From: Tubiluchus corallicola
Taxonomy: Eukaryota > Animalia > Priapulida
DNA length: 64,000 bases
NCBI GenBank assembly: GCA_030141605.1
Contig: JAQGDQ010000902.1
Location: forward strand, 1-64,000
Direction: 5' to 3'
Positions within the stretch are counted from its first letter, which is position 1. Each line of letters starts with the position of its first letter. This document shows, piece after piece, positions 1 to 13,141 of the stretch. Both the position numbers and the translations under genes were made by a program. The notes beneath the pieces are model-generated. The model was not told the origin of the DNA. It worked only from the letters and a program-made list of their open reading frames with translations, and ran no database searches.

Positions 1-996
1 TCTATAGGCAAAATTGGTGATAGTTTGTTAAAAGAATAGTGTGCAAAACTTGTGCCTAAATTGTTCTGACTGCACAATATTTCGAATGTTTTAACAACAA
101 GGAGCGAAAGTAAAGCGGATAGTTGACTTATTTGAATTAAAACTTTAAGGTTCGATTTGAATTCAAATAAAAAAAATGCATTTGAATAGAGCTCAAAAGA
201 TCGATGATCACCGCAAACGCTCGATGTAAAATAACAAAACGTTTTTAAGTGACAAATTATTTTTGTCAGGTTTTAGAATTTTATTGTAATTATTCCAACA
301 CCTATTAGCACTGATAAGAAATAGTTCTCTTAGAAAACGATCGATGGTGCAAAATTACTTCCTTATTAGCACAACAGGGGGAGTTGAAATTTCTAAACTA
401 ACACGGTGACCAGCCTTGAGATTTTTTTATACAGTTCTGAATACTGCAAACTGGCATGTAGTACGCATTTAAAGTGGATAACAATGACATGACTGAAATC
501 TTGCTAACTATCAATGATAGTCCTCAAATATGAGACAATAGCCAATAGAAGTAGCAGCACAATGCCAAAACACTCACTGACCAGGATGAGTGTTTCTTAA
601 CTTCGATTGTGGAGTTCACATCATAACAATCAAACTATGATGAGATAAGGAAGTCCAACACGTTTTACTAACATAAGTTTCTAGTAGATTCTTCTTGCAT
701 GTCAACCGAGCCTGTAGTAAACCTAGCTTTGCTGACAAAGCAATCTCTAGAGTTTGCTGGCTTAACCATTGTGCCGCAGATTAAAAAAGCAGTATGCCGT
801 CATGCAAATATCAAGTCTCGTCAGTCTCGAGGAAAAGCTTTGTAGTTGTACATTTATACTGTGTGGCAGTCTGTTAGCAATTAGCTTTCATACACTTATC
901 AAGACTTATCACCCACAAGTCACAACTCTACAGTTATTTAAATTGTGCCAGAGATATGAGATACTAACAGTCTTTTAAACATCAGAACTTTTTTAC

Positions 997-1068
997 CTGT
1001 AAAATATCACCTGAAGCTTTATTTAGAGGAAGCGGATCCACTTGATAGATTGTATGCTTTCTTTTACA
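997..1068 (-). CDS. Mirror coding exon 9
   Basis: Reverse complement of 53656-53727. Confidence 0.76.
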
Positions 1069-4000
1069 CTGAAAATTGGTAAAAGTTTATCATTTAATCA
1101 CTTTCAGTAACGCCACATTGCATTAAAATGCCAATTTACTAGGCTAGTTTCATCGCTGTTGTTGTGTTTTGTTTCACATTTTACGGTAGGCCACCACATG
1201 TTTTTATAGCGCAGAATGCTAAAGATTTCGGGCATTGTCCTAGCTTTTGTTAAAGTTTTAAAATCAACCATTTTCATTGAGCCAAATGCTGAATAAAGTT
1301 GCACTTTTATTAAATCAATCAATTCATTTAAGATGAATAACACCCAGTACTTGACAATTATATTAAGAGGTGCAGTAAGAACTAAAGTCTATAAATAACG
1401 CCTTACATAAATAGTAAATACAGCAGACCAAACAGACTTAGAATTAAATTTGTAAATTCAACTAAAAAGTTCAACATTAATTACAAATAAAATAAAATGC
1501 TTTTAATGAAAATCACTTCAGAAAGGACTTTATGACAACGTAAGCGGTGTCAATCCTTAAATGGAAATTATGCTACGGAAACAGAGAAATCAAACGGTCA
1601 TTTGTGATGATTTTAATAGCTGTAGCTGCAGGTATGCCACTTTATACAATTGTACAATTTTTATGTAACTGTGATGTCATGTGATGTGATGGTATCAGTA
1701 TACCATATCTTAACATTTGTTTATGAAAATAACATTGCACACAGCCGGTTTATGAAGTATTTAACGGGTTATGTAATATTTAGTGTATAGCTTTGCCAAT
1801 GTACATTGTATGTATTTGTGCAAATAAAACTGAATTGAATTGAATTATAATGGATGAGCAAAATGTTTTTGAAAAAACAGCTTTTTTACTACTGCTAAAA
1901 TTCAGTAAAGGATAGTTCTTGTAACAGCTAATAAACTTTTTTTGCACTTTCGTCAATTTTACATGACAATTACAAGTATGTAAAATTTATCTTATAATGA
2001 GTACCATAAATACAGCACATCATATTAAGCAATTTTTGGATAAGAATACAAAAAATACATAATACATAATACAAAATAAGTTGAATTGAATTCTGTAGTG
2101 TTCATTCATTATGATCATTCCATCTGAAACACTAAATGTTTTCTTTATCATACGATACACTTCAAATTCTCAGATTATTTTCATTACTTTTCTTTCTTTC
2201 ACAGTGCGGGACAATCTAACAAGCCCTGCTTTTTGACAGCCCGCAATACATTTACATTTATATATACATAAACAGTGTGTGAGGCTTTTCTTGTGCAGAA
2301 ACAAACTTATTTGTATTATGTTCATTGTAGGCCCTTTCACCATATACTGTACATGAAACTATTGTAAATGTGTAATGTGAAATAAATGACTTATGACTTA
2401 AGTATAAATACTAATGCAGCTATCGCCCTCATACATCGCTTGTGATCATGCCCACTAGCAACTTTTTCCCAAATATTTTCAAACAAATACGTATGAATCA
2501 TGCAGTTAGAGTGACTCAAGCCTATACCTTGTATTTGTCCCATTTCCACCATACTCTGTCTCCAGCACATATACTGATTGACATGGGTGAAAATGTACGA
2601 TCCAACACTTCTATCATGTGATCCCTATAATACATACAAACTTACTAACCAGAAAGACAGAATATACAAAAGAAAAATTACATAAACTTCCTTTGCTCTT
2701 AACTATTAGTATTTAAAATCAATTCGGCGACTTAATTCTCGAAATATTTACATTCACAAAAGTCCAGCGAAGTGGAAAAAAATTACAGCATTTTACAGCC
2801 AAGCATCTCATCTAATTAAACTCCAAAAAAGCACAAACTTATTTTGTTTTATTTTAATTAACATCATTTATAAAATACATTTTTTATAAAAGAAAATGGC
2901 AGCAGGCACATAGCACTTATGTTAGCCATATGATACAATATAAAGTAATTTGCAATCAATTTACAATCACAATTATACAACAAATACATAGGCAGTAAAA
3001 GTTTTATCATTAAATGAGTGAAAAAGCTTAAAAACCTAAAAACCTTAATAGAAACTTAAAACGAAGAGACACTACATACTTATGCAAACATTTGGGAGAT
3101 ATTTGAGTGAACGTTTTCTCTCCGTTAATGTAAGACTTGTCAAAAGTAACTGAATGGTTTACATTGAAACATGGGTATCAAATACTAGTCAGCTAAGCTG
3201 TTTCACTACTATCACATCATGCTTACTTTATGAAAATACTCACCGAAAATACGCATTTTTGGCAAAAATTTGTGCAACAAAAATATTTCCAAACCTTCCC
3301 CCACTGGTGTTAAATTCTTAAATAAAGAATTCTTAAAGCAAAAGGCACCCACTTAAGCATGTGTTTCCTTGAGGGTGTGCTGGCTGTTATTTTTCGCCTC
3401 TTTCACAGAAGCATCATAGTTTAGTTACTAACTAAAGCAAGGCGATTTATAAGTCCCTCATTAATTTCATTTTTAATTTTTGTTTTAGCCGATCTGCCTT
3501 TCTTTTCAGTCTTACTTTGTTATTACGAATTTTTGAATCCTATATTTGCAGCGTTTTTCCTGCTACCATACTGATTCTAGAACAAAGTTTAAGAAAAAGC
3601 TGCAATAGCAATATTCAGACAACAGCAAGTGTAAACTAACCTCACTGCGGTAGACTTATGAAGTCTTTTATGTCACTAAAATTCTCACGAACTGAGAACT
3701 TCAGGCCCGCCAACCATTCGATGCAAAAATGAACCAAGGTATCAACTCACCTCTGGCAGGGGTCCTGCATGTGGGCTGATTGTGCCCAGAACATTTTTGG
3801 TTTTTTTGGCTATTAAAATAAAATTTTAAAAAAATTAGGGCAAAACATAAAAATAATTAATGTATTTTTTTGGTGCTACTGGGCTTTCTTATACTGTTAT
3901 ATCAGTTTATATATATATATATATAAATGTGTTTTTATAAATATGAAAAAAAGCTCAATAACACGCAATAAGTGCTTAGTTTTCAATAATCATAATATGC

Positions 4001-7000
4001 TTTATTGTAATACACATTGTGAGACTCATGAACACTGCTGTATTATTGAGAGTGATGGCAAAAGAAGCCAGGTGATTTGCAAACTTGCCTGTGAAGTTGC
4101 AGAATGCATTAGAACTGTAATTTGATACATGTGCACATGTGAAAAACGTAAAATGTATTTGACACATGCCTATTGCATCAGAGTTGGCAGGTCTGAAACT
4201 CAGTCAACAAATTGTCACTTAAATCCTATCGTAGTTGCTTTTAACTTTTCAAAAATAATGAGGGACCTATGAGACACTCGATATAAAAGTCTGTAACAAA
4301 ATGTCACCTTTGACCATCATGAACCTCAACAACACAGATGTGATTCTTGCCTATGCAGTCGCCCTCGGTCTGGAAGTAATATATTCCAGCAACCCTACAA
4401 AAGCAAAATAGGAAATACACATAATAACTGCATGATCAGTAACTATACACAAACAGACCCTGTGACCCCTGTGTCAGTAAGGCCTCAGTTGTATAGAAGA
4501 GTCGCTCAAAGATACCAAAGCAATGCATAACTACATTTAACATGCACTTTGCCAGCATGACATCACATTGTGACATTTTTATGTCTGATTGTAACACTCT
4601 TAAGTCTGATTATGACAATCTTATACCTGATTGTGACATCTTATGTCTGATCATGGCAATCCTATGTTTGATTGTGACAATCTTGTGTCTGATTGTGACA
4701 ATATTTTGTCCAATTGTGACAATCTTATGTCTGATTGTGCCAATTTTATGTCTGATTTTGACACTCTTATGTTTGATAACGACAATCTGATTGTGACAAT
4801 CTTATGTCTGATTGAGACACTCTTATGTTTGATAATGACAATCTGATTGTGATAATCTTATGTCTGATTATGACAATCTTATGTTTGAATGTGACAATCT
4901 TGTGTGTGATTGTGACAATCTTATGTCTAATTGTGACAATCGTATGTCTGACTGTGATAATATTATGTCTGATTGCTTAGACTGCATCACTTTCATCAGG
5001 TAAGAGCTCATTTATTAGTAAATGACAAGGGAACAAAGCATGTCTACAGTGAACAAGGACGAAGCGGCCACAACATTTGACGATGTTAGCCTTACCAGAG
5101 CAGTTTAAAGAAAATTGAACAGAATTGTTAGGCCAGCTGTAAGAAATAAACTTTGGACTGCCTCTACTACTAGATACAGTAACCAAGCAGTCTAAGGCAC
5201 AAGGCTCTCAATGTAAGCAGATGGTCCGTGGTTCAATTACATATCCCAACCTTTCCACACTTCCTACTTTTCAAGTTTGGTGTCAAATTTTATTTAATTG
5301 TGAATTTGTATCATCACTTGCTTCGCCAAATTTGAAAATTTCCTCATTCCTGTCTGTACAAGCTAGAGGCTAGATAGGATCACTTCGTCACACTTTTCAG
5401 TAATAATTAAAGGGCAAAACACATTTACTGTGAATGAGAAAGAGGAGTCGCTGGAACTTACATGATATTAGTCGTACAAAAGACAGAAAATTTAACCGAA
5501 ATTCAACTTGTACAATAAATGTTTGTTATCCGATGCGAAAAAAGTTGACAGTAATAATAACAATACTGCAAAATGTTTGTAACAGAATTTGCAGATATTC
5601 GAGAAAGTGAGATTGCTAATGTGATCAAAACTTGGTCATCTGCGCATGTTCTTTTTCCAAGTAGTTAGGGTAAATGAATATTTAATACAAATCTCATATT
5701 ACTGCTTTCAGCCTCAATTGCTCAAAGACTATAAACCTATCAAAAGGTCACCTGACAATAGGGATTAATCACATCCCGGGGGTACAGTAAAGTTACTTAT
5801 CACACTCCCACTGATGACTGTAACCACAGTAACCACCTGCGTCCTCATACAAAACAAGAGGTTTATGCAACTAACGAATGATTCTCAGGTGAAATAGTCG
5901 ATTTGTCTCAGTTTAACTATGAAATGTTTTAATATCAGGAGCATTAAATCCCAATACACGTATCCAAAAAACGGGATGGTTTTCCTTTTCTCACTAAGAT
6001 TCCTACAAAAACTGCATGTTGTGCCCTAATTATGCAAAAACTGACACTAATGAAAATATCTGATGAGTCCATTCAAAAACAATATAATACGACTTTAACA
6101 ACGTCTTCTTTCAGTGTGCAAAAACTACAACAATTAAAACTGCCCACTGGCTCAATTGAAATATATTTGCCATAGTGAAATGGTGATCATGGTGTGTATT
6201 TAATGATCAAAGTTAACCAATACTGAATCTAGTCAGTAAATGGATGGATAAACTCATTCTAGATGGTTTTGTTCATCATACTGAATTTGGTTATTTTTCG
6301 CATTGAAGGAAGGTGTTTGTTGAGTATGAGTAATTGACACAACTTTGCTGCATCTTGGAGAATTAGCCTTAATAACTGTCATGCTCTGGTCTTGGCACAT
6401 TAATTCTCGTTAAGTAGACCATGCTGTTGAATGTTGAATTTCAGTGTGTTGTGAAACTCATATAAACAAGCATTTCTTCTGGGTTTCACAATCTTGTACT
6501 GCTAGATTTGGATATATGCTGTGATAATAGGAGGGTGTGTTTATAGCAAAATGACTGTGGTGGAACCATATTTCCTGAATTTCTTTTACAACCACAAGTA
6601 AGTAATCTTTACAAAATGGCGTTAAATCGTCATAATTGTCATCGTTTAATCTACAATGAGTACATTACAATTAATGATTGTTCTTAAATGCAAGCTTAGA
6701 TCGACCTGCTACGCAACGTAACTCGCTTCAACTGACAGGAAACTATCATAGACGTATTCTCAGGTCAACATGCGAATGATTTCCAGCAACTAGGATGATT
6801 CGAGTTCTCACGAGTTACAACACTGCTTGAGTGAACGTATGCGAATGAAAAAAATCTCTGATTAGACCACAATTATCGTTGGAGCCGAGTGATTTTGCAT
6901 TGAATTGCTTCGTTCGCAAGCTTGCTTATGTCGACTGGATATAGCGGTGTACCGTGTGTCGCCAGTTGGGTTGCGTCACCAGGTCAACTTAAGCCTGCCT

Positions 7001-10000
7001 TTATGCAACTTACGGAAATTCTCTGAGGAAATACCCAGACTGTACGGCAAGACTGGCACTCCTGAAACAAAACACAGAAAGGAAACAGAATTGTTAAACT
7101 CATGTCATAATTTTATCGAAATAAGTTCTTAAGAAGGTACTCTCATTTATATAAATTACTTGAGACTTTAAATATTTTACGAATAAATGTTTAATACTAC
7201 AACTAACTTGTATGTTTCCCCCTATCTGGTTGTCTGTCTTTCCCAATTTAAACAAACTTTGAAGGAATTTAACTTAGACAAATGTTAAGAAAAGCGTATC
7301 AGTACAAAATATAAAAGAACAAAAACTGTATTAAAAAACTGTCAATTGTAAATACGAAAAATAAACAGGGAAATGTTAATAAACAACACTTGCATTCAAG
7401 TTGTGAGCAAATAATGTTGCAACTGTTACAGAGCAAAATGCAACTCCATCACAAAAATATAGATAATGATAATTTTTTAAATTCTTAATCTTAAAGAGAA
7501 CTAAAAGGAGATTTTTACGTATATGTCCCAAATATGTACACATATTTATTTTAATGTAATTTACAATGTATTTTAATGTCCCATAAAATTTTCCCTACAA
7601 AATTACATTACTTAGGATTGCGCTTACCAGTTTGAAAGACTTATGTAATTAGAAAAGAAAATTCTTAACAATTAAAAAATATTCACACAACCTGGTAAAA
7701 TGAGACAGTATCATTATCCCAGTGTGCACCACTTAATAGCCAAAAAACACATTATTGATCTTACTGACAATATAAAGTAATTTAAGCTTTTGCTTAATTA
7801 ATAAAATGTGAGTTAAGAATGCTCTGATTATTACTTCAAACTTTAAACAATGTTGTTTAAATTTTTCTCAAGTGACTTACAGTAAAATAGCTGCACCTAG
7901 CTGTCATCACAGTACTTTAAATTTTCAAGTTTTTACAGCGTTACTGCCAATGCAAGCACTTTATGCAATATAACAGCATGGAAGTGATGCATATAAAATT
8001 TCAAGACAAATTTTTTTAAGCTTATTTACAAAGATCTTTTTCATTTGGTTAAGTGCAGCAAGGAATGACATCAATATGTCAAATCTCCCACAATAAACAA
8101 CAATTTTTTAAATTTTTAATTAAAAAATAAAAAAGTTTCATCTACTTCGCACTAGCAGTGACACAGATCTGATCATGCAGCAATATGTGTTAATTTTTAA
8201 TAAAAACTGTTATAAATTTGTTATTATTCAACGAAATGATAACAAACTTGTAAATTTAAAGTACCGTGATCACAGCTACGTGCAGCTATTTTAATGTAAG
8301 TCACTTGAAAAAAATTTAAATAACATTATTTAAAGTTTAGGAGTAATAATTAGAGCATTCATAACTCACATTTCACTAACTAAGCAACAGTTTAAATTAC
8401 TTTATATTGTCACTGAGATCAGTAACCTGTTTTTTGGCTATTAAGTCGTGCACACTGGGATAATGACTGTCCCATTTTACCAGGTTGTGTGAATATTTTT
8501 TAATTGTTAAGAATTTTCTTTTCTAATTACATAAGTTATTAGGTATAAAAATGAAGAAAATACATTGATATTTGATGAGAAATTGTCTAGCCACACAACA
8601 GATTACAAAATTACACACTTAATAGCACAAACAAGCAATTACTCATACTTAATACTTAATAACTCACTCCCACCCAGGAATTAGTCAATTGACTGCTTAC
8701 GTACAAGAGCCACACAACACTAGGCATTCACATCATAAATACCAATTAAGGATTTGTCAATATTCATACTTAATGTGACGTCTGGATTGTAGGTTAAACA
8801 ATACAGCGTAGGCCATTAATGTACGCTTAAGCTAGCTAGCATATATTGTCCTTACAGCAAAGCCATCAACCGGGCATTTGAGTTTGCTTATTATTGCTGC
8901 CCATTAAGGGAAGACAATAGTAGCACATGAGGTTGAGCTAAAATTGCGGTCAAAAAATGATCAATAAGGGAAGACAATAGTAGCACATGTGGTTGAGCTA
9001 AACTTGCGGTCAAAAAATGATCAATAAGGGAAGACAATAGTAGCACATGTGGTTGAGCTAAAATTGCGGTCAAAAAATGATTAATAAAAACACTGGTCTT
9101 TACTGATGGGTGATTAATAGATTAATCAAATTAATTCTGATTGCAACCAGGTATAAGTGGATATAATCAGTGATTGAACAGTAGTTCAATTAATTGAGAG
9201 TGAAATATACGTGTTACACACTGAGTAAAAGAAGCAGGGTTTTAGCACAAACAAGCAGAAACTTGCATTTTTTCTTCATTTTTCTCGCCTTACACAATGC
9301 ACACAATTGCAAACTACAGTGTTGCAAACCGGGGTTTCAAATTCGTTGGCATGTGATGCGCATAATGACATAGTAAACGATGAGTTTAGTGAATGTGCTT
9401 GTCTATAAAAATAGCTCGTGAGTATGAAAATGGCAGACAACGACAAAAGCCATAAACAAGTTTATAGGCTCTATTTCAGTGAGCACTAAAACACTAATAA
9501 TTATCGCAAAAGATTAATTGTGATATTGAATTACAAGAACAAGATTATAATCGAATTACAAAATTTCTAATTTGCTCATCACTACTGACTTGGTATGCAA
9601 ATAAATTAAACTAAAGAGGCATGTCATCTCACAACTCCTTACATAAACTTAGGTGACCATCAGTACATTGCATGGTCATTATTCTTTTCTGTACAATACA
9701 GCACATATTACCAGGCTGCATGATAATTACTTATTAGAATCATGACAACCTCACGGGTTCTTTCTGTTTTCTCAAATGATCTAAAAAATAATGACATTTT
9801 ATAGCAAATGTATGAGTTCGTGTACCAGACCCAGTTTATAACACAAATAATACTAAACAAGCAAAAGTAACTCTTTCAATGTGAAATTGTGTAAAATTCC
9901 CCTAGTACTTAGTCTTAATCACTAATTTTATATACTTTGCCTTAATCACTAATTTTATATATGCTTATAACTATTTGTGCAGATCACTTAGATATGTTCT

Positions 10001-13000
10001 ACAAATATCTGCTTGTATGTACTTTAAATTACTATATAAGTATGAAAAATTACATTCAACAATATAAGTATTGACACCAAAAAATTAATTTCTTGGCACA
10101 TGCTCATTTTAACTCATTCTAACGAGTAAAGTGGGCAAAAATGAAAAACTTTGAGGAAATGAGTGACACAAATCTTTGCATTCCAGACTAGTTATTTAGA
10201 TCATTTCACAAAGCAGATGGAAGCTATTACAATATCATGATTAGGCTAAACAACAAAGAACAATTATAACTTATATACAATAAGTAACTACAAGTACCTT
10301 TGTGAAATTCCCAAATACATAGCCCACATTCCTAGAAAGGGAAGATCTATATAATTTGTTGTCATACATAGCTATAACATAACTTTTTTAATCATATATG
10401 CAGGGAGTGTACAATTTTTTTTGCCTTAGGATTACTGTGCTTTTTGAGTACAGATTTTACCTATACCTGTCATGCTTGTATATATGTTCAACCCTTGCTA
10501 TGTACTTAATTTATTGTAACTCTTGTGTTTTTTACTAACTCTGTTCACTCAGTGTCTTTATCTTAATTATATTGTCTTTGAGTGAAATGTACTACATATG
10601 TATGAAATAAATGGATATATGTAAATAAATTTATGGATAATAAGTACATATAAAACAACTCACCCTGTAGGCAGAGTTCCTTGCTTAGTGAAACTCTTGT
10701 GTCGACTGCAGTATTTCAGCTCTATGATTGAATGTGGGAACTCGCACTCATTCCAGTACCACTTCACCTTGTCACCTCTCATTATTTTTACCTTATTTGG
10801 TTTAAACCCATCATCATCCACCTATAATCAGTTCAAAATATCAAGATCGGCAATGTCAGTTCAAAACAATGTGCCTGATAATGCAAAACAATGGGCTGTA
10901 GCAGTGAAATTATTTAGAATATTTTTGCGTAACCTTTGAACTCCAACCAATTACTTATAGACAATGGAAAGACTTACTCATTCATTCGAAACAATAAATG
11001 ACAGGGGAAACAATGGAGAGTGAGGAGTGACAACACTCAATTTATATAGATTATAATTCTAAGGCACCAGCTGTATGACAAAATCATATATACAAAATGG
11101 ATTTATACAAAATGCTTTGAATTTCTTCTTCACCAGGATTTGAACACACAACCTCATGCCATTTCCAATCAGCCGAACTAGAGGTAACATATAATCTAAT
11201 AATAATAATCGTTATCTAAGTCGTTATCCAGGAGCAACGAAACAAAAATCAATAATTTAGATGCATGTTACAGACTTTTTAATATAATTACCATTGCGAA
11301 AACCCATTTAGTTTCACCCCCCCCCCCCCCGTCGCATTGCAATGGTTTGATCAATTACAAAACCATTGCATATCAGACATAAAGCTACTGATATGGAACA
11401 GCCGTGTCGATTCAGCAGCTAAATAGACAGGTGTTTTTGCGGTCACAGCACCTGTTCCATAAGCGAAGGCAACATGAAATACACAGGACAAGTTTCCTGG
11501 CGAGTTATTTCTACAAATCTGTACCTGTTTTTATAAAGTTTTCACGATGCTGGCATTGAACCTGTACCGCTAAGCATCCAAAATATGAGGGAACAAAGTG
11601 ACTAGGCGAGCGACCAATCAGAACCACCAGTGGTGAGAACCCAGCATCATTGCAATATTATTTTAAATCGTAGTTTAGTTTGAACTCCATCATTCACCAA
11701 AAAGATCAGAATAACATACCAATTCACAATAATGACAAATCCTCCGGTGCCATTCAGTTTGGCTTCATTTATATCATAGCTTGTTGCAGTCACTACAAAT
11801 CAACTCTATACTCTGCACATTAAGCAGTGTTACAGGCCCGTACATTGTTATCACCAAGTTAGACCAATTAATTAATTATTTTCCCCCTGCTCATACTCTC
11901 GCATTAGGATGCCCATGCTCACACTCCCAACAGAGGGTGTCCCTAGCTCACAACTCCCTCAGTGCTGTGCCCATGCTCACACTCCCTCAGTGGGGTGTCC
12001 CTAGCTCACAACTCCCTCAGTGCTGTGCCCATGCTCACACTCCCTCAGTGGGGTGTCCCTAGCTCACACTCCCTCAGTGGGGTGCCCATGCTCACAACTC
12101 CCTCAGTGCGGTGCCCACACTCACACCTCAGTGGGGTGCTCCATGCTCACACTCCCAACAGTGGGTGTCCCTAGCTCACAACTCCCTCAGTGCGGTGCCC
12201 ACACTCACACTCCTTCAGTGGGGTGTCCCTAGCTCACAACTCCCTCAGTGCTGTGCCCATGCTCACACTCCCTCAGTGGGGTGTCCCTAGCTCACACTCC
12301 CTCAGTGGGGTGCCCATGCTCACAACTCCCTCAGTGCGGTGCCCACACTCACACCTCAGTGGGGTGCTCCATGCTCACACTCCCAACAGTGGGTGTCCCT
12401 AGCTCACAACTCCCTCAGTGCGGTGCCCACACTCACACTCCTTCAGTGGGGTGTCCCTAGCTCACAACTCCCTCAGTGCTGTGCCCATGCTCACACTCCC
12501 TCAGTGGGGTGTCCCTAGCTCACACTCCCTCAGTGGGGTGCCCATGCTCACAACTCCCTCAGTGCGGTGCCCACACTCACACCTCAGTGGGGTGCTCCAT
12601 GCTCACACTCCCAACAGTGGGTGTCCCTAGCTCACAACTCCCTCAGTGCGGTGCCCACACTCACACTCCTTCAGTGGGGTGTCCCTAGCTCACAACTCCC
12701 TCAGTGCTGTGTCCATGCTCACACTCCCTCAGTGGGGTGTCCCTAGCTCACACTCCCTCAGTGGGGTGCCCAGCTCACAAAGTCCTCAGTGGTGTGTCCC
12801 TAGCTCACAACATCCTCAGTGCAGTACAACACTAAATTTAATTAGCTTCACTCCACTAAATTTTAATTTACCATCATATATACATTAAAATGAATTATCA
12901 CAAAATTCTTGAATAAACATTCAATAACTATTGAACATGCAGGCATTGAATAATATTTTGGATTTGGAAGTTGAGTCTAAGCGGATCAATGAACATAGAA

Positions 13001-13108
13001 ATTGAAAGAACATGGTTTCCTCTGATTAGGAACACATGCTTAGTAGTAATATAACTTACTGGCTCAAAACCATGAAAGTAAAATTCATAGTTTACTCAGT
13101 TCTGTAAT

Positions 13109-13141
<33 letters not shown>

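Noticed and set aside
4542-4846. Heptad-repeat ORFs (SDCDNLM / CLIVTIL)
   Set aside because: By-product of a 21-bp tandem repeat; no splice or expression logic.
11781-12888. Repetitive Cys/His/Pro ORFs, or a CRISPR-like array (also 41826..42943)
   Set aside because: Minisatellite with contiguous variant units, no unique spacers and no cas genes; intronic in a eukaryotic gene.
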